Positions 1 through 13,743 of a DNA stretch of 64,000 nt are shown here, piece by piece. The notes beneath the pieces were generated by a model that searched no databases, was not told where the DNA came from, and saw only the letters and a list, made by a program, of their open reading frames with translations. Both the position numbers and the translations under genes were made by a program. The stretch is from contig JBHGNT010000009.1 of assembly GCA_043228905.1 (NCBI GenBank), forward strand, positions 3,224,001 to 3,288,000, given 5' to 3'. The stretch is from Azolla caroliniana (lineage: Eukaryota; Plantae; Polypodiophyta). How positions within the stretch are numbered: the stretch's first letter is position 1; each line of letters opens with the position of its first letter.

Positions 1-600
1 TCTCCCATTTCCTTGTTCCTTCTTTTTTGTCTGTGTCAAATCATCCTTTTTTTTTCTTTGGCATATCCGATTCCGATCGTTATGCTTACTTTCCGTTTCT
101 GATTCCTGGTTTTACTGTTTCTTCTTCCTGTTGCATTTCTGAATTCAAAAATTTTTATTTTCTTTCTTTCTTCTGGATGTCTGGATCAGATCTTCCATTT
201 TTTTCCCTTTCAATGTACTCTTTTGCTTTATTTACTTCGTTTTTTACCTCTAAATTTCCAAAGCTTATTCAATTCTATCATTTTCTTACGATTGTTTCTT
301 TAATGCTTCTCCCATTTCCTTTTTTTTTTTCTTGTCTATGTCAAATCTTTCCCATCCTTTTTTTTCTTTTCCGATCTTTATCCTTACTTTCCGTTTTTGT
401 TTCTGGATTTTACTGTTTCTTCTTCCTGTTGCATATCTGAATTTAAAAAATTTCATTTTCTTTCTTTCTTCTGTATGTCTGGATCAGATCTTCCATTCTT
501 TCCCTTCAATTTACATACTCTTTTGCTTCATCTATTTCGTTTTTTTCCCCTAAATTTCCAAAGCTTATTCAATTTTATCATTTTCTTACGATTATTTTGC
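1..600. repeat. Pyrimidine-rich imperfect tandem duplication, ~298-bp period (runs off window start)
   Basis: ttccgatc..ttactttccgttt..ctgg.ttttactgtttcttcttcctgttgca at 71 recurs at 369; gtctggatcagatcttccatt at ~179 recurs at ~478. Confidence 0.8.
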
Positions 601-2083
601 TTGCCTGGCTAATCTTTCATTTTCTTCTTTTCTTTTGCGTATCTGATTTGAATCTTCGACTTTATTCATTTACTTTCTATAATTTATTCATTTACTTTCT
701 ATAATTTATTCAAATATATATTTGTTTTTCTTCCGTCCTCTCTTCATATCTCATTCATATCTTGCATTTTCTATTTCCATGTCGCATTTAAATATTTAAT
801 TCTCAGCCTTTTTCTGCATCTCTTGATTTCAGTTCATCCATTTTTTCGTCTCCTGTTTCCCTATTTTCTTTTTTCCTTCTGCATGTCTCATTCATATCTG
901 ACACATTCTTTCCGCCATTTCCAAAGCTCACTCAATTCTATCGTTTTCCACCACTATTTTTGTTTTAGGATAAGTGATTATGATCTTCTATTTTATCCTT
1001 TCTTCTGTTATTTTGTAGTATGGAGTTGACACAGAAAAAGCGGATAATCTGAAGCAGATCTGCAAATCTTTCTCGTAGACTACTAGTATGTCCTCTTTCC
1101 TATACGTTGCTCTTTACCTTCTTCCAAGCTTGGATTAGTGGTAGAACTTTCAGACATAATTGTATGGTTAGATAATATAGTATTCGAAAATGAGATAGAA
1201 TTTTGCTGCATTTGCATTCTTTACATGCTTCCTCTTCTATTGTTTCATTCCTATTTAAGAGTGTGTTTTTTTGCTCACTAGGAACCAGTGCTGAGCTTTA
1301 GATTTGTGAAACGCTCTATTATTTGACTGATACGCATGAACCATATGCTCTGATTGTGTTCTAAACTTGGGACATAACAGGTCAGGCATAGCTCAAAGAG
1401 AGAGAGGTCCTTCAAATGATCGTTTAGGAAGGATGGCTTCAAATTAGAGTTTAGGAAACTGTTCGACAAACAATACTCAGAAATGGGCCAGATATGGCCT
1501 TTGCGTTTGAATTGTATTTAACAGTATATATACTCTTTTTGATGAATTGCGATGCCTCTACATAGAGATGATGAACAATCCAGTAAAGACTCTGAGAATT
1601 CAACTGTTAATACATGCGCAATGCTTGGGGTAGGCCATTAATTGGCCACCAACCACCACAGTGCTGCGTTCTTCATCGACAATCTTATGTCATGGCACCA
1701 TGAACCTGTTATGTTTTTTTCTCTATCTACTTATCCTAACCCTATTCTAGGGGAATTAGGGAACACAACCATGTTTTTTTTCTTGTTTTCTACATTTACA
1801 CATGTACTAAAAAAAAAAAACTCTCATCTTTCGGATGCTAACACCAATTCGACATGGAATTCCCACCATCATTCAATGATTACGACAGATCGGCAGGCAA
1901 GTACATATACATACCATACATACATGCATACAAATACAGATATATTCATCTATCATTGAAACATATGCGGTGATACAGTGTTGGGCATGAGTCTATGAAC
2001 AGCCCATCTGCTCTACATGAACAACACATATGTCCTTTTAATGGGGACATCTCTTTCCTCAAAAAAGGCTGTCAAAGCAGGTA

Positions 2084-2088
<5 letters not shown>

Positions 2089-2154
<66 letters not shown>
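2089..2154. repeat. (GA)n microsatellite
   Basis: Perfect GA run. Confidence 0.97.
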
Positions 2155-2156
<2 letters not shown>

Positions 2157-2450
2157 ATTCATCCTGACGTCTTTTTAGTAGAAAAGGTACTCTTGAAAAT
2201 GACCAGAACTCTTTAAGAGTTAGGTGGCATTAGTGACGGGTGCTGCCACCATAGCCAGTGGTTGTTATGCCACTATTGTCACTTCTGAATCATAGTGAAA
2301 ATGTATTCATGGATACCACCCTTGAATTTGTCTTCACTACTTCAATGTTTGCATGCCTGACAAAAGTTAACCCTGCCTTTCCCTTTCCAATGAAAGGGTG
2401 TGGTCCTCTGCTTTTATGGTTCCTTACAAAGCTGTTCCTCCTTTCCTCCT

Positions 2451-2687
2451 CAGGTAATCGGCAATGGTTCAGTTTCTGCTTAACCGGTTTTGGCTTTCTC
2501 CGAACCAAACTGGTTAAGCCTCAACCAGTTTTGAGTGTTTTCAAATCTTGAACCAAACCGGTTCCTAAACCAGTTTATTACACGGTTCTGTGCAAACCGT
2601 GTAAGCCTGAGCCAAATGGAACCGCCAAACCGTTTAAAATGGTTTAACGGCTCAGTTCAGGCTTGAGCCGAGTTGTTGCCGACTCCT
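2451..2687. mobile_element. Possible short non-autonomous hAT-like element (MITE)
   Basis: Ends agg..tcggcaa / ttgccgactcct are imperfect inverted termini; interior is packed with AACCG/CGGTT motifs like hAT subterminal repeats; no clear 8-bp TSD. Confidence 0.4.
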
Positions 2688-3321
2688 CAAAAAGGATTCC
2701 TTTTCGAGATGTTTGTGTTCACATTATCACAAGTTGGTTGATGAATGATAAGATGCACAATTCATTTTGAGAGGGTCTTTTTTTATGTTGTATCGATTGT
2801 AGATCAATCTAAAAATGGCATACAAAGAATTCGATTTTCTCTAAATGTTATTTTTATGTGATAGCAACTTGTTATTTGTGGTGGTTGGTTGGTTACTCTA
2901 TTATTTTGTGTGCTGTTGGGTCTCGAAATCACTCTCTTCTAGCCTATGTTATGTTTTGCACCTTAACCAAATTACAGGATAGCCTACATTACACTTTGTA
3001 TCTTAAATCTTCTGTATCTCCTGTTAAACCAAATTCTTCTTTAATTTTGTCCATCTCCTAATGCAAAACCTCAAAAGATTACATCCTCACGTACATGGAT
3101 CTGACACATTTGCAAGACAATGAAAGTCAACCGAATCTCACACACGTACAGTGACATAGCAGTTTATGTGATAATATTGTCAGCAACAATAGTCCAATGA
3201 ACCAAAGTTTTTGCTTGTTTTTTGAGTCATTTTATAGATGGAAGTCTTTTCCAATGGACCTAAGTTTTTGCTAGTTTTTCGAGTGATTTTATAGATGAAG
3301 TCACCAAGTTACGCTAACCCT

Positions 3322-3505
3322 CAAGGAATAAATGGTATGAAAGTTTTGGGTACCCTCGAGAAAACATGCACAAATGTTGCACAAGTAATAAATAGGTATG
3401 AAAGTTTTGGGGGTCCTCAAATAAAACATGCACAAATGTTCCACAAGGAATAAATAGTATGAAAGTTTTGGGTATCCTCAATTAAAACATGTGCAAATGT
3501 TTGCA
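3322..3505. repeat. 3 x ~61-bp tandem repeat
   Basis: caag(g/t)aataaat..gtatgaaagttttggg..cctc..aaaacatg at 3322, 3382, 3444. Confidence 0.88.
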
Positions 3506-3989
3506 TGTGATGGACATAAATAATTGGAATTTGGAAGATCATTTTACATATTTTAGTAATAATTAGGTTCTCTCTCTATACCATAGCATCAAAGTCATTA
3601 AATTGAGAAAACTTAGGTATGATACGTTCCATTGGCTAGGCCCCATCTCGTAGATTGCAATTGGCCTCTCTCTCTCTCTCACTTTGTGTGTGTGTGTGTG
3701 TGTGTGTTTCCAATGAATTGAATACAGTATACACTCTCGTAATTTTTTTTTTATGTTTTTGCAAATTTCCAATCAATTTTATTATCAATGACTCAAGAAA
3801 GGTGGAGAAACTTTTGTGGGTCTGTATCCAACAACACATAAACAAATCAAATGTATACATGACCATTGAAATGACTTTAAGTTTATGGTGCACTAGTATT
3901 TTAAGAACTTTTGGGCTCAACCTCGAGGCAATACAACCCTCAAAGCCATTTTCTATGATAGACTAAGTGGTATGAAGGAAATATCTTGT

Positions 3990-6900
3990 TTGGATGTGAA
4001 TGGGTAATAGATTATAGTTATTTATTCCTAAGATGGGCCCATATAGATAAACATGAGAATTGGACCCTTACAATTGGTTTGTATTGTTGATATGGAAAAA
4101 TGTTTCTCTACAAAATAAAGTAGAATGTGAAAGAACTTCACAAGAGAGTTAGTTTATAATGTCAAAATTTGACATGGATAAATGTTATCTTATGTGGAGG
4201 CCCACTGACTCAAGAAAGGGAGAGGACGACCATTGTTGGATAAAGGCTAATCGTTGTCTTTTTACTCCATTGGATCCACCCATGAGGCCATCGTATTGGC
4301 TCTTTAGAGTGGCTACAACATCATTCCATATCTCATGCAATAACACTGTTTAATCTACAGTTTGATTGAAAAAGACCCGTCAACACCGTTGTTTCCAGAT
4401 AATTTAAAGAGCTATTGGGCTAACTAATTCTAGGACAACTTGAGCTTTGGCATTAATGGGAGTTGATTGGATATTGTCAATGGTGGAAAACAAAATCCCT
4501 TGTGCCTTTATCATCCCCTCCTCCCGATGTTGTATTTGTCAACTGGGGCTTGCCATGATAACCAACATACATCCCCCCACTTGATTGTGCCTTGCACCCG
4601 GTATAATTGCAATAGGCGGACAACCCCTGCCATATTCGATGGGTCTTTGGGTAGTCCCACAAAGCATGTCTGATTGACTCTATTTCATTTGGGCACACAA
4701 CCACGCTCCAACCAGTATTGACCTATGTATTACTAGCCATTGATTGGAGCGTGGTAATTCGCCTAGCGTGGTGTTGTTTCTATTTTTTGCCAAAACTTGG
4801 TAATAATTACATGGGGAACATGATATGTGTGCCAAATCTTTGCAACAACCGGCTCTTGGGCGGTTTGAGCAACTAGAATGTGGCTTCCCAATCTAGTCAT
4901 GAATTGGAAGAAAGGGATGACTTTGTTCCTAGACCCGCATAAGAATCGTGCCACGTCTATTGCAAAGGGGCCCAACTTACCTTACATAGTCATGTGTTTT
5001 CATGAATACACTTGTGTCATTCTGGTTTTACTTTGATCGGCTAGGGGTCTACAATCCATTTACGGCCTGTATATGCAAATACTCGAATTGCCATGTTTGA
5101 TGTTGGTACCTCATTGTCTTATAGTTCATGACCTTGGATCATATCCGGTGTTTCCCTACCTCTTGGGATCAAGGAGCCCTCCTCCTCGTATCCTATCCAC
5201 TTCTTTGTTGTGTTTGTTTGATTAACAACTTCCCCAAGCAATGGAGCGTTCATAATTTCAAATCTCATAGTCCATCCGAAAAGAAGAATGTTTTCTGTTT
5301 TAATGCTACTCACTTAAAGTCATAGTACAAGCAAATTATGGTGTCCAAAGTGTGGGGTCTTGTAATCTATGGGAATGTTACATAGTGAGGGCCTTTGAGT
5401 TTACATGGATTTCTAATTATTCTTCATGGAGATGCAAATATTTTGATGTTAACATGTTTACAAATGTTAACTTTAAATGTAATAAGTATGCTAGTAAGAA
5501 GATGAAGAAGAACATCAAAATATAATGAATTAGTCATGGAGAACAACTAACAATTCTTGGATGGTTTTGTATGGATAAAGGATGGTCACAAATGGATTCA
5601 TACAAACATGTTGGGCCCAATATCAAGTATATAACATTTTCAATAGATTATGGGGCACCACACTTTGAACTCTTCGACATTAATATTCATCACAAATGGG
5701 TCATGGATGGTCACAAGTGGGCCATTGTGACGTAATAAATCATGTTTCCAAAGTCGTACACACGGTTTGGTTTTGCGAGATTGTTTATGGCTTAGTTAAA
5801 CCCTCTACAAGAAAATGTATAAGCTTATTTGTTCATATTGTTGTCATTTATGTCTAAGATGGATTATGTAGGTGAACACTAGAACTCGACCCTCTCTATA
5901 GGTTTGTATCGTTGATATGCAAAAATGCTTTCGCACAAAAATAAAGTAAGTGTTCCACAAGTAGTGTCGGCTTATTTGTTCACATTATTGACATTTATTT
6001 CTATATGGGGTTATGTAGATGAATGCTCGAATCAGATCCTTTCTATTGGTTTGTATAGTTTATATGGAAAACCGTCTTTGCACAAATTAAAGTAAAACAG
6101 CTCTAGAGAGTATGAGTTTATAATTTCAAATTTCTAGATGGATATTATTAATTGACAAGAAGAATGTTTTCAATTGTACTAATACCTACATAGCACAATA
6201 TGTACTAAGAATATCAATGTTGAGGGGGTTATGGGGTGGGGATCAGAGGGTGGGGTTCCAAATCTAAGGGAAGCTTAATTAGTCACATTGGGCCCTTCGA
6301 GTTTCACATGGACTTTTAATTATTCATCATATAAATGCAAATATGGTTTTGTTAGAATGGTGTATGCCTTAGTTAAACACTCCATTAGAAATAGTATAGG
6401 CTTATTTGTTCATATTATTGCCATTTATTTCTAAAGATGGATCATGTAGGTGACCATTAGAATTGGACCCTTTCCATTGGTTTCTATGTTGATATAGAAA
6501 ATTGCTTTCCTACAAAGTAAAACATAAAAGAACCTCAGAACTTGAATTATAATGTCAAATTTTGACTTGGATAGTTATTAGTTGAAAAGAAGAGTGTTTT
6601 CCGTTTTAGAACTACTTACAGTAAATACAATCATAAAAATATTAATGTTGAGAAGTTACGGGGTGGAGTTCAAAGTGTGGCAAAATAAGTTTTTAGTTGT
6701 TCGTTATAGAGATGCAAAATAGTCCATGTTAAACATGTTTGGAAGCATTAATTTTTAAAATGATTGTCGATAAGCATGCTAGTAAAAAGAGAAAGAATCT
6801 TGAATTGCCATTGATTGATTGACTATGGGCAAGTCATGGAATTATCATATGTATTGATCATGGATGGATTGAACATATGGGGCATCGTGACCTAACCAAG

Positions 6901-7030
6901 AAAATGTGTATTCAAAGTTGTTCGCAATATTAGTTTCATTAGTAACAATTAGTGAGTTTAGTTTACCTCATAGTTAAACCCTCCATTGGAAACAATGTAG
7001 GCTTATTTGTTGAGATAGAGTAGACTTATT
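3990..7030. repeat. Degenerate composite tandem repeat (interrupted by a LINE fragment)
   Basis: Block gcttatttgttcatatt..ctaagatgg..atgtaggtga..agaattggaccc..gttgatatggaaaa recurs at ~4010, 5823, 5970, 6400 and partly at 7001. Confidence 0.7.
4187..5278 (-). mobile_element. L1/Tx1-like LINE ORF2 C-terminal fragment (same family as 45048-47870)
   Basis: Collinear by eye with 45157-46290 (atcttatgtgga..gaccattgttgga..; ends ..atctcatag.ccatccg); translated pieces IPFFQFMTRLG, KFWQK, ESIRHALW match the 45503..46681 ORF. Confidence 0.9.
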
Positions 7031-9308
7031 TGCTGAGATAGAATCACTTTAAATTGGCATTAAGCTAAACTCACAAATAAAAATCAGAACATTTGCATGC
7101 AAGCCATTTTGATTTTCTTTGCTTGATCACGATTCCCACAATCAAAATTTGGGCCCTCCATAAACGATCTACCCTGTAGTTGCTTAGCATACAACAATAT
7201 ACATAAAAAGGAAGAAGAATTTTTTCATATACTATTTATTGTTCCTCAAATACTATATCTTATTACGAGAAAGTATAGTTGATTGATCTTGTGATTATGT
7301 CAAAATAGTACGACTTAATTACCAATCCAAGATCAATCATATATTGGCATTCATATTAGTTTGAGCTCTCACACATGGTTAATAACATTATGCTCCCAAG
7401 AAACTATGGAATTCCTTACCACTTTCCACACTATCCCAACATTCAAAACAACGTCATTGCCTTTAAAAGATAATTTTGTGAGCAATATATTTAGAGAAGC
7501 TTTTACTTAAAATACTATTTCAAGATATGTAAGACAATTATATACAATTTTTTATCGAATCATGTAGCAATATCAATATTCGCACATATGCATATGAGGT
7601 TCTAAAGGCCTCAAAAAATTGAAGGAGTACGAAAAAGAAGGATCGTATCGTATTATATGTTTTAATCCTTGGAGCTTGAGCCCATGGGAGCTTCCCTTAA
7701 TGTTTTCATTGAGAATTTATTTTGGCAAGCAAGTGGCATAGATGCGCTGCTAAACTCAAGAGCAGGACATACAATAGCTTTTTTTATCAACATTCATTAT
7801 GTCATTCGAACTTAACAAAACTATAGAAACACATTACATAGAACTAATTACAATTCAAATTACTATAAGGATATGGCTACCTTAACAATGAGAACCATCA
7901 GAACAAAAGTACAATGAGAACTAACGTCATTACACATTTGTTGCTTTTTTCTAATAATTAAAAAAATAATCTTTCATTCAGCACTTAATTGGAACAAAGA
8001 AAACTTACAAGGGTCATGAAACGGATTCATGGATGAGTCATTGAAAGTGTAAAAACACAATTTTAAAAGCTTGTCTTTCATTATTCTTTTCCCTAAATTC
8101 ATCTACCCCTTGTTTTCATTCATGAAACTCTCAACCACGTAGTTCTTTTGTTTTCATTAAAGTCGTGTATCATAATTTGCAAACCATAACAAATCAAACA
8201 GCTACTTGTTACCCAGTTTCCTAATTACTTAAATCCGTCACTATATTACGCATTGAAATGAGACAAGAGAATGGTAAATTGTTTACTTAAAATCATGTGA
8301 AGTTCTTAATGCTAGTTTCTTTCATCAAAATAGACATCTACATGTTATGTGCATGTACCACAATATAATGCATTACTTCTACCATTTTCTAAATACATAA
8401 ATTGTGTTGTATATGCTCAAATTCGATGATTTATGTGTAATTTTCTATTGGTTAAACATTGTCTTTATTGGGGTGTCTTGTTGTTAGTGGAAGCTCCTAT
8501 GACATGTTTTAACAATCCAATATGTCAAAAGGTAAAGTTGTGGTGAACGAGTGCCTCCTCAAACTTTCGGGTAACATATTCACTTTCACTCAACAATCAC
8601 AAAAGGTACCATTGGTTGTTTTCACACTTCATGATTGAGAAATGCCCCTCTACTATTGTAACATGTCTCTCACACCAGTAGGAAATGACATTATCGGCCA
8701 CAACTCTCAACACATCTTCTCTCCTCTCTACAAATTTTTGGCCTTAGAAGACGTTAATATATCTTTCGTTTCTTTCTTTCTTTCTACATATACAACAAGT
8801 AAAGAAGCACACGTATCTTTCATTCAAATTGTTTTTCTTCTAATGTCAGAAGTGCATAGCTAGAGCTTTCAAAAGTTACGTTTTTGTTTCCGTCTTCCAA
8901 CCAATGTGAATAACTTCTTTCAAAGTGTAGGACTTCCTATTGGAGACAAACACTTTTATATGTTTAAAAACTAACGCATGATACATACATAGCATTTATT
9001 CGATTTTGCCTTCCATAAAGCTCCCATGAGCTTCGCATGTACCACAAAATAGAATCTAGTTTTTGACAAAACTATCACAATATGTCTTATGGTTATATAA
9101 CACAATTTAGACCACCTAAATTGGAATCCACCTCACATGGGCCCGTAGTTCAAGTTTCCAAAATAAAATTGTGAAACTTCACAATATGTATGCAATACAA
9201 AAAAGATTGTCTATCAAATACATTAAGAGTGATATTCAACATAATGGTGCCCTTTGGGGTTGTCAAGTTCAATAAAAGAAAAATGAAGTGAACACATAAA
9301 ATAAAATT

Positions 9309-9621
9309 GGGAAAAGTACCAGGATACCCCTAGAAGTTCGTCTATTTACCAGAATGCCCCTATAAGTTCCAAATTTACCAAACTACCCCTATGTCCAAAA
9401 AATTACACCTTATAAAGTAATTATACACTCAAATCTACAAGCCCTATTTACCAAAGATCGAAGAAATGGACCCAAACTAGCCCTATTTACCAAAGATTTG
9501 AGTGTATAATTACTTTATAAAGTGTAATTTTTTGGACATAGGGGTAGTTTGGTAAATTTGGAACTTCCAGGGGCATTCTGGTAAATAGACGAACTTCCAG
9601 GGGTATCCTGGTACTTTTCCC
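9309..9621. mobile_element. Mutator-type MITE (foldback), copy 1
   Basis: 128-bp TIRs 9309-9436 / 9494-9621 starting GGGAAAAGTACCAGG; 9-bp TSD AATAAAATT at 9300-9308 and 9622-9630. Confidence 0.93.
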
Positions 9622-10789
9622 AATAAAATTTTGGTTCTACTCAAGTTTAAAACCATGTAATGCATTTGTGGGAAATGATCACTCTTGTATTAGTCTTGTG
9701 ATTGACATATGCATTTTTTATATTTGTTTGTACGTTGAATGATTTTCCTAGAGTTGTCCTTGGATGTTCGTATGTGTCATATACATCCAATTGTATTGCA
9801 AACGGTATTTTTGCTAAACACTACATAAGACTTTCACCTTGCATTGGGTTTTCATGAGAAAGAATGGTCAATTTCCTTTTAATGGAGTAAAATCCACATC
9901 TTGATGCTAAGAATCCCATAACGAGTGAATATTTATGAGGACCCAACCTGATGGGCTTTCCCTAAAGTTTACCTCCTTCGTGTGTCCTTCGCCTCCTAAA
10001 TAAATTCATTTCTCTAGTATACCAAGGGATCGTTTACAAGTTCTACAATCCTCTTGATGTTTATCATTCAAGTGCCACACCATCCACTAGCCTCTCTTCT
10101 CAAGTTTCCCCTATTTTATATGCCTTCACACTTCAGTTAGAAATAAGTTTCTTAATTTCTTTCCAATTATTTCAAGCTCCCTTTGATCCTAGCCTAATGG
10201 TTTTTATCTCAACTGATGACCCGCACAAGTCTATTACTTGTACTCAATTTGGCGTGTGTAGCATACTTCTAAATCCATGGGCTAGATATTTATTTACATT
10301 TGCCCGTCACAGATAGTTTTGTGTAACCATTTCAAAATTTATGAAGGGGGTTATCATTAGGGTTTCATTCCAACCAAGAGATAGGCATAAGATGTTAGTT
10401 AGAATGTACATGAACGTAGCTTGATAATGAATCAACTATGTCGAAGTTTGGTTTTACTTCCATTTCACCTATAGGCAAATGATCATCTTCTCTAAACTTC
10501 TGTGCATTTTCTTGATTGTTCATAAGATGATGGAAATTGAAATAAAACAAATTTGAAGTACTAGCAATTGTTGGGAGGTGTGATGATATATTGACATTCA
10601 CATTGTTTGCAAAAGTGTGAATCTTTTTGAAAGTGTCAAGGGGAAGGGTGGACAAGAAATTGAGATCAATTTCAAACTCAAATTTTCTTTTATCGTAATT
10701 AGCTTACCCTAGTGGTAAGTTGTTATACACTACCAGCACTATGTCTAGGGTTCGAAACCCATATGGAATGTAGGGGTTGAACCCATGAC

Positions 10790-10804
10790 CACTTGGTCTC
10801 CATT

Positions 10805-10846
<42 letters not shown>

Positions 10847-11020
10847 GTGTGTGTGTGTGTGTGTGTGCACGCACGCATGGTCTTTATGAATATGTAGTAG
10901 CATACAAAACATAAGAGAGACCACTTGGTCTCTCTCTCTCTCTCTCTCTTATGTGTGTGTGTGTGTGTGTGTGCGCGCGCATGGTCTTTATGAATATGTA
11001 GTAGCATACAAAACATAAGA
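10790..11020. repeat. Tandem duplication containing (CT)n(GT)n compound microsatellites
   Basis: ccacttggtctc(tc)n ttat(gt)n..gcatggtctttatgaatatgtagtagcatacaaaacataagagaga present twice. Confidence 0.85.
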
Positions 11021-11069
11021 GAGATGATGGATAAAATGTATTTTTAATGTCCACCAAGTCAATGGGTAG

Positions 11070-11492
11070 AGAGAGATCATGCAACTTGGTTGGCTACCAT
11101 ATCCCTCGATTGTATTGGCCCATTGACATCATAGATAGTTAGGTGTTATGATTTAGCGAAGTCAGAATTTTCAATACTTTAGTTGTATGATAGTTGTCCT
11201 CAATCATTGCGTATAGGGAGAAGAGAGATCGTGCAACTTGGTCGCCCACCATATCCCTCAATTGTATTGGCTCGTTGACAACATAAATAGATAGGTGTTA
11301 TGATTTGGTGGTGTCATAATTTGCGGTGCTTTATTTGTATGGTAGTCTACTATCCATGACCAATGCACATGGAGAGAGAGAGAGAGAGATTCTGCAACTT
11401 GGTTAGCCACCATATCCCTCAATTGTATTGGTTCATGGACATCCTAGATAGTTAGGTGTTATGATTTGGCAAACTCATAATTATTGGTGCTT
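11070..11492. repeat. 3 x ~155-bp imperfect tandem repeat
   Basis: gagagat..tgcaacttggt..ccaccatatccctc.attgtattgg..gaca..tag.taggtgttatgattt at ~11071, 11223, 11383. Confidence 0.85.
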
Positions 11493-12469
11493 TGCGCGTG
11501 CGCACACACACACACAGATTAAATTATTGTTTTCAGAGGTCAAATATGACTTATGAGACAAAAAATATAACATTTTCACGTAATACATCTAAAAGTGAGT
11601 AACAACTCTCGATGTTCAAAAACTTAACTACTAATGATTGTCATAATCGAGAATGCATACTATGATTGTGAGAGAACTTCGTGTAGGGATTGAGTTTGGT
11701 CGAAGATGTGTGGAAAACATAGTTGAATGCGATCAAAGGCAAGACGTTATATCAAAGTTAATACTCGGACTCCAAAACTTGTTTAGAGAAAAATGTGCAT
11801 AATCCTTTACTCTTATCGCGTGGACCTTGTCAGTGTGAGTTAAGTTGCATGGAAGCATGGTTTCGATGCCAAACAAAGGGATGGGATCTAACATGTATTA
11901 AGGTGTGCAATTCCCTGTGTGGTGGAGAATATGGTTTTTTGGTTAGGTGCAACACGTAGTAGAATGTGTGAAGCGAGAGCCTCCATATTTTTCCCATGTC
12001 ATGACACATTAGTGTAGCATAAAAAAGGCCATCTTCCAAACCATTTATCCATATCGATGCATCATGAAACGTCGCATCCCACCTTCCAAACCAAAATTCC
12101 ATATCTTGCATGCAACCATAACAACGTTGCTATTTTTTGCAGCTTTGGGTTCTGTTCTAGAAAATCCTAGGAATAACAAGAACAAGAGTAAGGTTGGTTT
12201 GTTGGTGGGTTAGCACGTAAATCTGTTTGTTTTCTGAAATAAGAAAATAAAAGGGAGAAGGAAAGAAAGGAAAGAGTCCGTCCGTCCAATAGAGACGGGA
12301 AGGGCGGGCAACCATCTAATAGTAATAAATGGAGGGAGTGGATAAGGCCAGTAATACGCCCTCACCTTTGGGCAGGCAGCCCCTTCCCCCCCCCCCCCCC
12401 CCCCAAACCCACACGTGGATAGCGTTCAAAAATATGCACGAGGACATTGCCAATAACATGCCTCGTGAT

Positions 12470-12503
<34 letters not shown>

Positions 12504-12756
12504 CTCTCTCTCTCTCTCTCTAATGATGGAAATAAGAATAAGAAGAAGCTGCTGGAGTCACAGCAGGCAGCAGAAGACCTCCTTCAGCTCCTCAGCTCAG
12601 CTTTAGCTTCCCCCTAAATAATTCTCCACTCACTCACTCACTCTCCACCTCCTCCACCTATCTAATCTAATCTAATCTAATCTAAGCCCATCTATCCATT
12701 ACCGCCCCGGTCGGTCGGTCCACGCCCACACCCACCGCCCGCAATCACACAACACC

Positions 12757-13705
12757 ATGGGCCTCGTTTCCGCGGTAGTAGCTCTCCCACTCCCGGCTCC
12801 CAGCGGTGCCTACTGCCACCAAACCAGCGCCAGCGCCACACATTACGATGATAATCATCATGATGACCAACCCCACCTCGACCATGATCCCGACGAAGCC
12901 CTCGGAGACCGGCTCATGGCCCTGCTGGCCGCCCCGCTCCCACCCGACCCGCCGCCTATCGATCACAACCATCCACCCCCACCACCTGGCCTAAATGTGG
13001 TCCTCTCCCCACCACCACCATCACCACCTGTTCGTCCGCCTCCCCTTCTCCACCACCATAGCTCCTCCCCACAGGACCTCCCCATCACCACCACCACCAC
13101 CACCACCACCGGCGGTGGGCCTGCGCCGCTGCAGGAGCCCGCCCACGTCTCCCTGGATCGAATCTCCTGCATTCTGCCTGCAACTCCAACTGACTTCTCA
13201 CCCCTCAACGCCGTTCCTTCTTCCCCTGATGCCGGCCATCGCGCAGGCCACCAACAACACCACCACCACATGTTCCTCTCCAGCTGCGACCTCGTCTGCC
13301 GCTCCTACCCTTACATCAACCGCATCTTCTTCTACGCCACTCCTCCCGCCTCCGCCTCCGCCGATGCGGCGGTGGCGGAATACAATGGCCACGTCGCATC
13401 CCTCAAGGACAGCTTGGCTCGAACCCTCGTCCATTTCTACCCGCTCGCCGGGCGCTTCACCACCGACGCGGGTGGCCGCCTCAGCGTGGCCTGCAACGAC
13501 GAAGGCGTGGAGTTCGTGGAAGCCTGTGTCCGCGACCTCCCTTTCAATCGTCTCAAAGACGCAGGCTTCCAGTATTCCAACCTCTTCTGGAAGCTCGCCA
13601 GGCGGACAGAGCTGCTCCGCTCCGATTATCTGGACCAGCCCATCCTGTCTGTGCAGGTAGGTTGTGGTACCTACCCACCTTATCAAATCATGCTCACTTT
13701 GTGTA

Positions 13706-13743
<38 letters not shown>

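Noticed and set aside
27-1029. Phe/Ser/Leu-rich ORFs at the window start
   Set aside because: Low-complexity T-rich repeat translations
10700-10790. tRNA gene candidates (also ~22660-22720 and the LTR tips)
   Set aside because: A/B-box-like motifs only; no complete cloverleaf or acceptor stem, so not called tRNA
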